From the NCBI GenBank assembly GCA_900766735.1, contig CAAFWO010000040.1, positions 7,896 through 71,895 on the forward strand: 64,000 nucleotides of DNA, in the 5' to 3' direction. The notes beneath the pieces are model-generated. The model made no database searches, was not told where the DNA came from, and worked only from the letters and a program-made list of their open reading frames with translations. The DNA comes from Clostridia bacterium (GTDB lineage: Bacteria; Bacillota; Clostridia; CAKSNL01; HGM11501). Every line of letters starts with the position of its first letter. The first letter of the stretch is position 1. The translations under genes were made by a program, and so were the position numbers. Of this stretch, positions 49,831 through 59,613 are shown one piece after another.

Positions 49831-52305
49831 TTACTCCTTTATCTTTGTTACTTTATATCCCGCTGCCTCAACGGCAGTTTTCAATGCTTCCTTATCGGTC
49901 TTTTCGTCACACGAGACCTCCGCTTTGCCGGACTTTGCGCTGACAAAAGCCTCCGTAACGCCCGGAACGCTCAAAAGCGCCTCCCTCACCCTGTTTTCGC
50001 AGTGAGAGCACGTCATATTTTTAACTGTCAAAACAGTCTTTTTGTCGCTGTTTTTATCCGGATATACCTTAAAGAAATTAAGCCTTAACGCGTTCGACAC
50101 GACCGAAACGCTCGAAAGACTCATCGCCGCCGCGCCGAACATCGGATTTAATGTCAGTCCCAGCGCCGAAAAACAGCCTGCCGCAAGCGGAATACCGATG
50201 ACATTATATATAAACGCCCAGAAAAGATTCTCGTGAATGTTTCTGATCGTTGCACGAGAAAGCCTTATCGCCGTCGGAACGTCCGTCAGCCGGCTTTTCA
50301 TCAGAACGACATCTGCCGCGTCGATCGCGACATCGGTTCCCGCGCCGATCGCGATGCCGACATCCGCGCTCGTTAAAGGCGGTGCATCGTTTATGCCGTC
50401 GCCGACCATTGCGACTTTGCCTTCTTTTGCAAGTTTTTCGACGGCTTCCTTTTTGCCATCCGGTTTCACGCCGGCGATGACCTCGTCGACCCCGACTTTT
50501 TCGGCGATCGCGCGTGCTGTGTGTTCGTTGTCGCCCGTCAGCATCACGACGCGGATACCCATCTCGTGAAGCTCTGAGATCGCCTCCCTGCTCTCGGGCT
50601 TGACCGAGTCCGCAACCGCGATAACTCCCAAAAGCTTATTTTCTTTTGCAAAGAAGAGCGGCGTTTTCCCGTGGCGCGAAAATTCCTCCGCCTTTTTCTC
50701 ATCCTCCGGCGAAATTTTGGCCTCGTTTTTTATAAATTCAAGATTTCCACCGGAAACCTTTTCGCCGCCGATAATTCCGACAAGCCCGTTACCCGGAAGA
50801 GCCTTAAAATCCGACACTTCTTTTTCGGAAACATTTTTCTCTTCGCCGAGCCTTTTAACAGCCCCCGCGAGCGGATGCTCGCTCTTTTTCTCGAGCGAGA
50901 AAGCAAGGCTCAAAAGCTCATTTTCCGAAACGCCGTTCGATGTGAAGACATCGGTCACCTCGGGCAAGCCCATCGTTATTGTGCCTGTTTTATCGAGCGC
51001 GGCGATTTTTATTTTGCCGGCATTTTCAAGAACTTCGGCCGTTTTATATAAAATTCCGTTCTTTGCGCCGACACCTGAACCGACCATTATCGCGACCGGA
51101 GTCGCAAGTCCGAGCGCACAGGGACAGCTTATCACGAGTACCGAGATCGCACGGGCAAGCGCGAACGGAAATGTCTGCCCGATCATCAGCCATACTATCA
51201 ATGTGACGACTGAAATTGTAATGACCGCCGGGACAAACACGCCGGACACCCTGTCCGCAATTTTCGCGATCGGCGCTTTTGAGGACGCGGCATCGCTCAC
51301 CATCTTGATTATTTTCGAAAGCGCCGTGTCCTCGCCGACCTTTTTTGCCTCGCATGTTAAAAATCCTGACATATTCACAGTTCCGGCCGAGACCTCGTCT
51401 CCTGCCTTTTTATCCGCTGGAATGCTCTCGCCGGTGAGGGCAGATTCGTTGACCGCGCCTGAGCCTTCAGTCACCGTTCCGTCGACAGGAATGTTTTCTC
51501 CCGGACGGACAACGAATATATCGCCGATCTTCACATCGCCGACAAGAACTTCCGCTTCCTTGCCGTCGCGGATCACTGTCGCCTTATCCGGTGCAAGCTT
51601 CATCAGGCTTTTAAGCGCGTCCGTCGTCTTGCCCTTTGAGCGCGCTTCAAGCATCTTACCCAGCGTTATGAGCGTTAATATCATCGCGGCAGACTCAAAA
51701 TAGAACTCGTCCATATAGCGCATGACAGCTTCGTGGTCGCCCGATACCTGTGCGCCGGTCATCGCAAAGAGCGCATAGACGCTCCAGATGTATGACGCGC
51801 CGGAGCCCAGCGCAACGAGCGAATCCATATTCGGCGACCGATTTATGAGCGCCTTAAATCCGCTTATAAAAAACTTCTGGTTTATCACCATAATGACTGA
51901 CGCGAGCAGAAGCTGTATAAGCCCCATTGCAACATGATTATCGGAAAGCCATGACGGGACAGGACAGCCCCACATCATGTGCCCCATCGAAAAATACATA
52001 AGTACCAAAAGGAAAATAACAGAGGCGACCAGCCGTTTTTTTAGAACCGGTGTTTCATTATCCGAAGGCTTTTCCTTTTTTTCTTTACTGTTTTCTTCGC
52101 CCTTAACGGATGCGCCGTATCCGGCATCTTTGACGGCTTTTATTATTTCTTCATCCGTCGCGCTTCCCTCCACTGCCATACTGTTGGTGAGAAGGTTGAC
52201 ATTGCATTTTTCAACGTTTTCAAGCTTCGAAACAGCTTTTTCAACTCTCGATGAGCAAGATGCACAGCTCATTCCCGTTACATTAAACTGACGCATAAAA
52301 ATCAC
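49831..52305 (-). CDS. copA: copper-translocating P1B-type ATPase with N-terminal and C-terminal HMA domains
   Basis: 824 aa; N-terminal GMSCASC and C-terminal NMTCSHC metal-binding domains, TGES actuator motif, CPC (SCPCALGLATP), DKTGT, GDGINDAP. Confidence 0.9.
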   Translation of the reverse strand: MIFMRQFNVTGMSCASCSSRVEKAVSKLENVEKCNVNLLTNSMAVEGSATDEEIIKAVKDAGYGASVKGEENSKEKKEKPSDNETPVLKKRLVASVIFLLVLMYFSMGHMMWGCPVPSWLSDNHVAMGLIQLLLASVIMVINQKFFISGFKALINRSPNMDSLVALGSGASYIWSVYALFAMTGAQVSGDHEAVMRYMDEFYFESAAMILTLITLGKMLEARSKGKTTDALKSLMKLAPDKATVIRDGKEAEVLVGDVKIGDIFVVRPGENIPVDGTVTEGSGAVNESALTGESIPADKKAGDEVSAGTVNMSGFLTCEAKKVGEDTALSKIIKMVSDAASSKAPIAKIADRVSGVFVPAVITISVVTLIVWLMIGQTFPFALARAISVLVISCPCALGLATPVAIMVGSGVGAKNGILYKTAEVLENAGKIKIAALDKTGTITMGLPEVTDVFTSNGVSENELLSLAFSLEKKSEHPLAGAVKRLGEEKNVSEKEVSDFKALPGNGLVGIIGGEKVSGGNLEFIKNEAKISPEDEKKAEEFSRHGKTPLFFAKENKLLGVIAVADSVKPESREAISELHEMGIRVVMLTGDNEHTARAIAEKVGVDEVIAGVKPDGKKEAVEKLAKEGKVAMVGDGINDAPPLTSADVGIAIGAGTDVAIDAADVVLMKSRLTDVPTAIRLSRATIRNIHENLFWAFIYNVIGIPLAAGCFSALGLTLNPMFGAAAMSLSSVSVVSNALRLNFFKVYPDKNSDKKTVLTVKNMTCSHCENRVREALLSVPGVTEAFVSAKSGKAEVSCDEKTDKEALKTAVEAAGYKVTKIKE

Positions 52306-52339
52306 TCCGTATATAGTCTTGCCTTAAGATAAATATTTA

Positions 52340-52648
52340 TTACTTCATTAATTTCTGAATCGTCGAAACAAGCTCGTCGATCACTTCATCGTCGCCGTTT
52401 CTTATGTCCCTTACGACGCAACCCTCGATGTGGCTTTTGAGCATTTCCCTGTTAAAGGCGTTCATCGCGGCCACGACCGCAGATGACTGGATCAGAATGT
52501 CGTTACAGTATGCGTCGGACTCGATCATCGACTGTATTCCGCGGATCTGCCCTTCGATTCTTTTAAGCCTGTTAAGCATTGATTTTTTCTGCTCGTCGCT
52601 ACGCATCGTGTGTTTTTCGCTGCAATGACAGCATTTTTCTCGCTCCAT
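52340..52648 (-). CDS. csoR: CsoR-family copper-sensing transcriptional repressor
   Basis: 102 aa; conserved Cys/His ligands (…YCNDILIQ…, …EGCVV…), RIEGQIRGI helix. Confidence 0.85.
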   Translation of the reverse strand: MEREKCCHCSEKHTMRSDEQKKSMLNRLKRIEGQIRGIQSMIESDAYCNDILIQSSAVVAAMNAFNREMLKSHIEGCVVRDIRNGDDEVIDELVSTIQKLMK

Positions 52649-52653
52649 AAAAA

Positions 52654-52689
52654 TACCCCCTAAGGGTATTATATACCTATAGGGGGTAT
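52654..52689. promoter_or_regulatory. two tandem, mutually inverted 17-bp GC-core palindromes (ATACCCCCTAAGGGTAT / ATACCTATAGGGGGTAT): candidate CsoR operators
   Basis: located 6-41 nt upstream of csoR start codon on its promoter side. Confidence 0.55.
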
Positions 52690-52706
52690 TTTGTCAAGCA
52701 TTAATT

Positions 52707-55289
52707 TTATACCCGGCAATAAAGCTCGTCGTCCTTAACGTCGACGGTTATTGTACTTCCGGCGTCAAAATCGCCTTTCAAAATTGCGCGTGCAATAAGG
52801 GTCTCCATACTGCTCTGCAAGTAACGACGGAGCGGTCTTGCACCGTAAAGCGGATCGTAGCCTCTGTCGATGATGAGTTCTTTTGCTTTATCCGTAACAG
52901 TAAGCTTAAGCGACTTGTCTGCAAGACGGCTTCTCAAACCTTCGATCATAATGTCGATGATTCCGGTGAGGTTCTCCTTCGTGAGCGGACGGAACATAAC
53001 CGTCTCGTCGAGTCTGTTTAAGAACTCCGGACGGAAGAACTTTTTAAGCTCGCTCATAACGGCGTTCTTTGCCTCCTCGGTGATATTGCCGTCTGCGTCG
53101 ATTCCGTCAGTCAGATACTGGCTTCCGAGGTTCGACGTTAAGATTATGATAGTGTTCTTAAAGTCGACAGTTCTTCCCTGCGAATCGGTGATACGTCCGT
53201 CGTCCAATATCTGAAGAAGAATGTTAAATACGTCGGGGTGCGCCTTCTCGACCTCATCGAAAAGAACAACGCTGTAGGGTTTTCTTCTTACCGCTTCTGT
53301 AAGCTGGCCGCCCTCGTCATATCCGACATATCCGGGAGGTGCGCCGATAAGGCGCGATACGGAGTATTTCTCCATATACTCGGTCATATCGATACGAACG
53401 ATGTTTTTCTCATCGTCAAACAGGCATTCCGCAAGGCTCTTCGCAAGCTCTGTCTTTCCGACACCGGTAGGTCCTAAGAAGAGGAACGAGCCGATCGGCC
53501 TGTTGGGGTCGGAAATTCCGGCACGCGACCTTAAAATTGCCTCCGTTACCTTCTTAACGGCCTCATCCTGGCCGACAACGCGCTTGTGAATGTATTCGTC
53601 CAGATGAAGGATCTTTTCGCGCTCGCCCTCCATCAGCTTGGAAACGGGAATCCCCGTCCACTTTGCGACGATTCCCGAAATATCCTCGTCAGTTACGGTG
53701 TCGTGAATCATCGTGCCCTGCTTCTTTGTTTCGGTTGCTTTTTCGGCCTCGTGAAGCTTTGCTTCGAGTGCCGGAAGGTCTGAATACTTAAGCTTTGCGG
53801 CCTTTTCATATTCATAGTGAAGCTGTGCGTTCTCAATGTCTGCGTGCATCTTCTCGATTTCGGACTTTAACTTCTTAACAGCATCAACGCTCGACTTTTC
53901 TTCCTCCCAGCGCGACTTCATCTCGTTGAACTTGTCTTTAAGTTCATAAAGCTCCTTGCGAAGCTTTTCGAGCCTGTCGCGGCTTAAGGTGTCGTCCTCC
54001 TTTTTGAGTGCCATTTCCTCGATCTCAAGCTGCATGATCTTTCTTCTGACATCGTCCATCTCCGAAGGCATCGAGTCGATCTCGGTTCTGATAAGTGCGC
54101 ACGCCTCATCGACTAAGTCGATCGCCTTATCGGGCAGGAATCTGTCCGTGATATATCTGTTAGAAAGCGTTGCCGCCGCGACAAGCGCACTGTCATGGAT
54201 TCTGACACCGTGGAACACCTCATAGCGCTCCTTAAGACCTCTTAAGATCGAGATAGTGTCCTCGACAGTCGGCTCATCAACCTGAACAGGCTGGAAACGC
54301 CTTTCAAGTGCCGGATCTTTTTCAATATATTTTCTGTACTCGTCAAGCGTTGTCGCACCGATGCAGTGAAGCTCACCGCGCGCAAGCATGGGCTTTAAGA
54401 GATTACCTGCGTCCATACTTCCCTCGGTCTTTCCTGCGCCGACGATCGTGTGAAGCTCATCAATGAAAAGAAGTATCTTTCCCTCCGAGCGTTTGATCTC
54501 GGTAAGTACGGCCTTTAACCTTTCCTCAAATTCGCCCCTGTATTTTGCGCCGGCGATAAGTGCGCCCATATCGAGCGAGAATATTGTCTTATCCTTAAGG
54601 CTCTCGGGAACATCGCCTCTTACGATACGCTGGGCAAGCCCCTCTGCGATCGCCGTTTTGCCGACGCCGGGTTCGCCGATAAGAACGGGATTGTTCTTCG
54701 TCTTACGTGAAAGAATTCTGATTACATTTCTTATCTCGGAATCACGGCCGATGACCGGGTCAAGCTCATTGTTTTTTGCTCTTTCAACAAGGTCTGTTCC
54801 GTATTTTTTAAGCGCATCATAGGTGCTTTCGGGGTTATCTCCCGTAACCGGTGCGGTCTTCACCTTCGAAAGCTCTGAGATGAATTTCTGCTTTGTGACA
54901 GAATGGTTATCGAATATCTTTTTGATCGCCGGTGTCGCCGCGGCAAATATTCCGACCATCAGATGCTCGACGGAAACATATTCGTCCCCCATCGACTTTG
55001 CCGCCTGCTCCGCGGCCTTTATTACCCTGTCGGTCTCGGGTGAAAGATATGCTCTTCCCTCCATTGTGCCGACCTTGGGAAGGTTGTCGATCGCGGTGTC
55101 AAGTTCAGTAAGTACCGCGTCGGTGTCCGCTCCCATCTTCTTTAAAAGCGACCCGATAAGTCCGCCGTCCTGATCAATAAGGGCGTATAAAAGATGCTCG
55201 GGAGCGATATAGTTATTTCTGTTTTCCTCAGCCATGGACTGAGCGGTGTTAAGCGCTTCCGCGCTTTTCTGTGTATAGTTAGTGTTCAT
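52707..55289 (-). CDS. clpB: ATP-dependent chaperone ClpB
   Basis: 860 aa; two AAA+ modules ([16 protein letters not shown]), long middle coiled-coil, Clp N-domain. Confidence 0.95.
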   Translation of the reverse strand: MNTNYTQKSAEALNTAQSMAEENRNNYIAPEHLLYALIDQDGGLIGSLLKKMGADTDAVLTELDTAIDNLPKVGTMEGRAYLSPETDRVIKAAEQAAKSMGDEYVSVEHLMVGIFAAATPAIKKIFDNHSVTKQKFISELSKVKTAPVTGDNPESTYDALKKYGTDLVERAKNNELDPVIGRDSEIRNVIRILSRKTKNNPVLIGEPGVGKTAIAEGLAQRIVRGDVPESLKDKTIFSLDMGALIAGAKYRGEFEERLKAVLTEIKRSEGKILLFIDELHTIVGAGKTEGSMDAGNLLKPMLARGELHCIGATTLDEYRKYIEKDPALERRFQPVQVDEPTVEDTISILRGLKERYEVFHGVRIHDSALVAAATLSNRYITDRFLPDKAIDLVDEACALIRTEIDSMPSEMDDVRRKIMQLEIEEMALKKEDDTLSRDRLEKLRKELYELKDKFNEMKSRWEEEKSSVDAVKKLKSEIEKMHADIENAQLHYEYEKAAKLKYSDLPALEAKLHEAEKATETKKQGTMIHDTVTDEDISGIVAKWTGIPVSKLMEGEREKILHLDEYIHKRVVGQDEAVKKVTEAILRSRAGISDPNRPIGSFLFLGPTGVGKTELAKSLAECLFDDEKNIVRIDMTEYMEKYSVSRLIGAPPGYVGYDEGGQLTEAVRRKPYSVVLFDEVEKAHPDVFNILLQILDDGRITDSQGRTVDFKNTIIILTSNLGSQYLTDGIDADGNITEEAKNAVMSELKKFFRPEFLNRLDETVMFRPLTKENLTGIIDIMIEGLRSRLADKSLKLTVTDKAKELIIDRGYDPLYGARPLRRYLQSSMETLIARAILKGDFDAGSTITVDVKDDELYCRV

Positions 55290-55313
55290 AGCGTTTCTTC
55301 CTTTCCCTCGGCG

Positions 55314-55961
55314 CTAAAAATAAAGTGCCGCATTCTCAAGATATTTTGCGTATGACGCTTCGACGTCTCTTTCTGTGAGCCTCTCGGAAAGATAGCCCTT
55401 TAAGAGCTCATCGAAAAGCTCAATATAGTCGGAGAGCGCTTTTGCAAGCGTTTCCGCCGAAAAGTCCTTATCCGGTGCGAGGATCGTTCTCTCGAATTTT
55501 CCGTCATAGAGTGCATAGTCGTTTTCAAGGCCTGTCAGCGGTCTTAAATATGCGTCTTCAATGCGCTTCCACAGGCGGAAAAAGTTTGTAATTCTTCTCA
55601 CGAGATATTCGGACTGTGTTCTGAATACCACCGAAAGAGTTCCGATCTTTCTGCCGGACTCGGCGTCAAGCTCGACCTCATATTTGACCGTCGGGCGGTA
55701 TTTATATTCAAGCGAGCTTTTAAGCGACATCGAAAGGCTGTTCGGTGAAAAGAACGGAACGAGCTCTCTCGATGATGCCGTGAGTCTTTCGATCGCGGAA
55801 AGCACCTCGCCTATCCGCTGTTCCGGCGTCACATAATTCACATATTCGGCAAGTATTCTGTTTATGAGGCTTGAACGGTTAGTGCCCATCTTGTGCGCCA
55901 TAATGTCAACCTCGCGCACAACATCGTCATTAAGCACAAGACTGTATAATGTTTTTTTCAT
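55314..55961 (-). CDS. hypothetical protein with N-terminal ribbon-helix-helix (CopG/Arc-like) DNA-binding motif and uncharacterised ~170-aa C-terminal domain
   Basis: start MKKTLYSL at 55961 preceded by AGGAGGTG RBS; RHH signature TLYSLVLNDDVVREVDIMAHKMGTNRSSLINRILAEYV. Confidence 0.55.
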   Translation of the reverse strand: MKKTLYSLVLNDDVVREVDIMAHKMGTNRSSLINRILAEYVNYVTPEQRIGEVLSAIERLTASSRELVPFFSPNSLSMSLKSSLEYKYRPTVKYEVELDAESGRKIGTLSVVFRTQSEYLVRRITNFFRLWKRIEDAYLRPLTGLENDYALYDGKFERTILAPDKDFSAETLAKALSDYIELFDELLKGYLSERLTERDVEASYAKYLENAALYF

Positions 55962-56091
55962 AATGCACCTCCTGGTTTCATCGGACATATTATCTCCGAT
56001 TTACAAGTTCATATTACACCCAAAACAAACTTTTGTCAATAGTTTTATATAATTATTAATGCAAATTATATAAATAGTTTTCATTTTGTTA

Positions 56092-56124
56092 AAAAAAGAG
56101 CTGAGCATTGCTCAACTCTTTTTG
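56092..56124. terminator. bidirectional hairpin terminator overlapping the stop of the GLUG-protein gene
   Basis: AGAGCTGAGC-ATT-GCTCAACTCT flanked by A7/T5. Confidence 0.6.
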
Positions 56125-59100
56125 CGTTTATGTTTTTTAACTAAAGTTACTGTCACGAATACTGCCGCCGCCAGAATGAGGACGATCACAGCCGCCGTGA
56201 TGCATTTTGACAAAAGCGCCGATTCATATCTCACCGCGATCGTGACCTCGGGACTGTCAACAGTGAACTTGACATATTTTCCCCTGTTTGAGGATTTGAT
56301 CTTCTCCCACTTGCCGCCGTTTTTATAAAAGACGGTCGCCTTGTCTTTGTTCTCGTTAATTATCCTGAACTTATATTCTCCGTCCTCGGGAACGGAAGCG
56401 CCCATAAGCTTAATGCTGTAGACCTCTGTCTCGCCGACTGCGCCGCCGGGACCTTCCTCATTTAACTCGCTCGCTCGTAACAGGGTATCTGAGGTGAACT
56501 CGCCTTCTGCAAGGGCAATTGCAAGCTTTCCGGTGTTGTTTCTCTCCTCGCTCTCCAAAAGCGTTACCCAGTTATTATATTCAGCTTCGATCGAGAGATC
56601 GCTTGAAACCGTTCCCTCGCCGATGTCCTCCCACTCTCCGAAGCTTCCCTTCTTTTCGGGAACCTCCGGCATCTTGATCTTGCCGTACGGCTCGCCGTAT
56701 TTTATAAGCTCCTCAGCGACCTTTTCGCCGTCTGCATAGAACCTTGCATAGAAGCTGATAAATTCGGCCGGTACATTCATTTTTGAAAGCTCATCGTAAG
56801 TCGCCGGCTCAGCCTTTCCTTTATAGCTGATTCCGTCAAGTGCGCCGAGACCCTTATCCAGGTACTTGCAGTCCCTCACTATTTTCACGTTTTTCTTATC
56901 TCCGGCAATGCTTCCTGTGTATTCGTCACCGGTAACGTCCGCGATCGCATAGCATTCGCTGACAGAATCCGTGTAGCCGGCCACACCGCCGACGTATGAC
57001 GCGCCTTCGGCGTTGCACTTAGCATAATTTTTCTTGAGCACGGACTCTGAGTATCCGGCGATTCCGCCGACATATGAGCCGGACTCGCTTAACACGTCGG
57101 CATATCCCTCGCAGGAATATATAACGCCGAGGCTTAAGTTTCCGGCGATTCCGCCCATACAATTCTTTTTGCCGTCGATCTTTCCGCGGTTAACGCATTC
57201 AGATACAATGGCTTTTGTCTTATAGACAAAGTTTAAGTTTGACGGGCGCTTGAAATCGTCCTCCGGGTCGGAGGTGTACTCGATCGCGACAGCGCCGGCG
57301 ATTCCGCCTCCGTTTCTGTCCGCATTTATCTTGCCGGAATTTTCACACCTTGTGACTTTTCCGGATACGGCGCTCGATATTTCGGACTCCGAAACGTCGA
57401 CGAAGTAGTCGTCAATATCGAAATTGAGATATTTCTCTTCGTTTTCGGTGATCGAGTCGATTATAAGGTTCATTATGAGGTCGAACTGATCCGAAAGGTT
57501 CTGAACATCGTTTCTGATCGTCTTTCTGTCCTCTTTGAATTTATCCTTCATTTTTGAAAGCTCGTCGGAGATTCCGGTCAGCGTGTCAAAAAGTCCGTCT
57601 CCCTTTTCCTGAAATTCCGTGCCAAGCTTTTTAAGCTTCATCGGCCCTGCGTCCGCAATGTCTTTCGCAATGTCGGAAAGCTTCGAAAACGCGTCCGAAA
57701 GGTCTGAAAATGCATAGCTCATCGCATCGGAAGCTTTTTTAAGCTCTGCGTTTGCCGCGTTGAGCTGCTCGGTCATATCGTCGGCATAATCGCCGAGCTT
57801 TTTATGAAGCCCTGAAAGCGAGTCTGCCAATGAAGCGCACGCCTCCGACATGGCCTTAAACCCTGCCATCAGGCAGTCAAGTGAATCGTCAAGATAATCG
57901 GCCGCCTTTTCAAAATCGTCAAAATCGACTTCAGTATTGCTGATTATAGTATTTAAGCTTTCGCTCATGGCGTTTATCGCGTCCGCAACCGGCGAAAGAG
58001 CTTTGAGCATCCGGCCGAGTGCGTCGGTAATGCCCTCGATGTCCTTAATATCGCCCGATGAAATTATATCGCTTAACGTTTTTATTGCCTTATAGATCTG
58101 ATTGTGCGCCGAGAGAAGCTTTTCGATCGCGCTTTTAAGCTCGCTTGCCGCCTTTCTCACATCGCTCTTATTTTTTACCGTCACGGCGGAAGACAGGCGG
58201 CGCATTGCCTTCTGGGCATAGCTTGTCGCGCTCTTCAATTCCTTTGAACCGTCGGCAAGAGTCTTGAGTGCGTCAGTCATCAGGTCGATCTCCATATCGA
58301 TGTCCGGCGTGTAAAGATTGATTTTAGAAAGTGCCGCATTTAAGCTGTCGGAAGCCGAAACGAGCGAATCAGCCGAGGAGGAAACAAGATCTAAAACCTC
58401 AACGCTGTCGTCGATCGCCGTTGACAATATGGCAGAATAAGTGTTAAGCTCATCGATATTTGTATCGATAAAGTCATCCGTCATATCGAGCATATCCTTG
58501 GCATATCCGCGTGCGATGCCTGAATAATCCGAAATATTGTCAAGGTAAGCCTCGATATTGTCCGCCGCAGAATCCGAATCGTTTATAAGAGTGTCCGTCA
58601 TTTTGTTAAAGGTCTCAAGCTCGCGTTTAACCTTTTGAAGCGTGCTCTCCGAAACGTCCAAAAGCACATAAGGCTCTGCCTGACCGACGATTCCGCCGAC
58701 ATCCTTTCGACCCATGATCTCGCCGCTGTTCTTACAGCCCGTTAAAAGCCCGGACTGCCTTCCGGCGATACCGCCGACGTTATAGCCGACATGCTGATAG
58801 CCGACCGTGCCTTTGTTTTCACAGCCGGATATAACGCCCTTTGAAAGACCGACGATTCCGCCGATATCATAAAAGCTCTTAAGGAGCCCTTCTTCGGTTT
58901 TATCGTCTTTTTCTTTATTGATTTTTACGTTTTCAACGACGCTTTCAATATCCGTGTCAAGCACCGATGTGCTCTTTTTATCAGCCTCAACAGTGTTGAT
59001 GTTGCCGAGATTTTTGCTCGAAGCAATATATCCGTCGTTATATCCGGCGATACCGCCGACGGAATTCTCGCCGACAATGACGCCGTTAAACGTCGCGTCG

Positions 59101-59597
59101 ACCACTTTTGCGCTGTCCGTGCATTTTCCGGCGATTCCGCCGATCGCGGACGCGCCTTTCACCGTGCCGGAGTATGTCGATGAAATAATCTCGCCCGAGT
59201 TCACGCCGGCGATCCCGCCGATATAGCAGGCCGTGCCGCCCGGCGCGATATTTCCGGTTATATTAAGCTCCTTAACGACCGCGCCCTTTTCAAGATACCT
59301 GAAAAAGCCGAGGTTTGAACCGTTTTTCGAAATATTGACTCCGCTTATCGTGTGCCCGTTTCCCAAAAATGTGCCGGAAAATGTCGGTATCGGGGTAAAT
59401 TCATCACCCGAAAAGTCAATATCCGCGGTCAGGTTCACCGTCTTTCCGATTGACCAGGAATCAAGCGTGCATTTTTCCGCAAGCCTTAAAAATGCTGATT
59501 TGTCCGAAACCGTGATAATGTCTCCCTCGGCATATAAAGGAGTAGCCGAAAGCACAAATATTATCAAAAGTAATAAAGATATTATTTTTTTATACAT
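56112..59597 (-). CDS. large membrane-anchored surface protein: signal peptide, N-terminal GLUG-motif repeats, ~450-aa alpha-helical/coiled-coil region, second GLUG-repeat block, C-terminal TM anchor + basic tail
   Basis: 1161 aa. Repeated GGIAG-type units: IGGIAGVNSGEI, IGGIAGKCTD, VGGIAGYNDGYI, IGGIVGLSKGVI, VGGIAGRQSG, VGGIVGQ; later GGGIAGAV, MGGIAGNL, VGGIAGYSES, VGGVAGYTDS. Central low-complexity Ser/Asp/Leu/Lys-rich helical region. C-terminus ITAAVIVLILAAAVFVTVTLVKKHKRKKS. Confidence 0.7.
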   Translation of the reverse strand: MYKKIISLLLLIIFVLSATPLYAEGDIITVSDKSAFLRLAEKCTLDSWSIGKTVNLTADIDFSGDEFTPIPTFSGTFLGNGHTISGVNISKNGSNLGFFRYLEKGAVVKELNITGNIAPGGTACYIGGIAGVNSGEIISSTYSGTVKGASAIGGIAGKCTDSAKVVDATFNGVIVGENSVGGIAGYNDGYIASSKNLGNINTVEADKKSTSVLDTDIESVVENVKINKEKDDKTEEGLLKSFYDIGGIVGLSKGVISGCENKGTVGYQHVGYNVGGIAGRQSGLLTGCKNSGEIMGRKDVGGIVGQAEPYVLLDVSESTLQKVKRELETFNKMTDTLINDSDSAADNIEAYLDNISDYSGIARGYAKDMLDMTDDFIDTNIDELNTYSAILSTAIDDSVEVLDLVSSSADSLVSASDSLNAALSKINLYTPDIDMEIDLMTDALKTLADGSKELKSATSYAQKAMRRLSSAVTVKNKSDVRKAASELKSAIEKLLSAHNQIYKAIKTLSDIISSGDIKDIEGITDALGRMLKALSPVADAINAMSESLNTIISNTEVDFDDFEKAADYLDDSLDCLMAGFKAMSEACASLADSLSGLHKKLGDYADDMTEQLNAANAELKKASDAMSYAFSDLSDAFSKLSDIAKDIADAGPMKLKKLGTEFQEKGDGLFDTLTGISDELSKMKDKFKEDRKTIRNDVQNLSDQFDLIMNLIIDSITENEEKYLNFDIDDYFVDVSESEISSAVSGKVTRCENSGKINADRNGGGIAGAVAIEYTSDPEDDFKRPSNLNFVYKTKAIVSECVNRGKIDGKKNCMGGIAGNLSLGVIYSCEGYADVLSESGSYVGGIAGYSESVLKKNYAKCNAEGASYVGGVAGYTDSVSECYAIADVTGDEYTGSIAGDKKNVKIVRDCKYLDKGLGALDGISYKGKAEPATYDELSKMNVPAEFISFYARFYADGEKVAEELIKYGEPYGKIKMPEVPEKKGSFGEWEDIGEGTVSSDLSIEAEYNNWVTLLESEERNNTGKLAIALAEGEFTSDTLLRASELNEEGPGGAVGETEVYSIKLMGASVPEDGEYKFRIINENKDKATVFYKNGGKWEKIKSSNRGKYVKFTVDSPEVTIAVRYESALLSKCITAAVIVLILAAAVFVTVTLVKKHKRKKS

Positions 59598-59613
59598 TCC
59601 GGTTCACTCCTTT

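Noticed and set aside
50600-51703. 367-aa plus-strand ORF antisense to copA (Ser/Pro/Ala-rich)
   Set aside because: It is an antisense shadow ORF with low-complexity composition, and copA on the minus strand has all P-type ATPase motifs.
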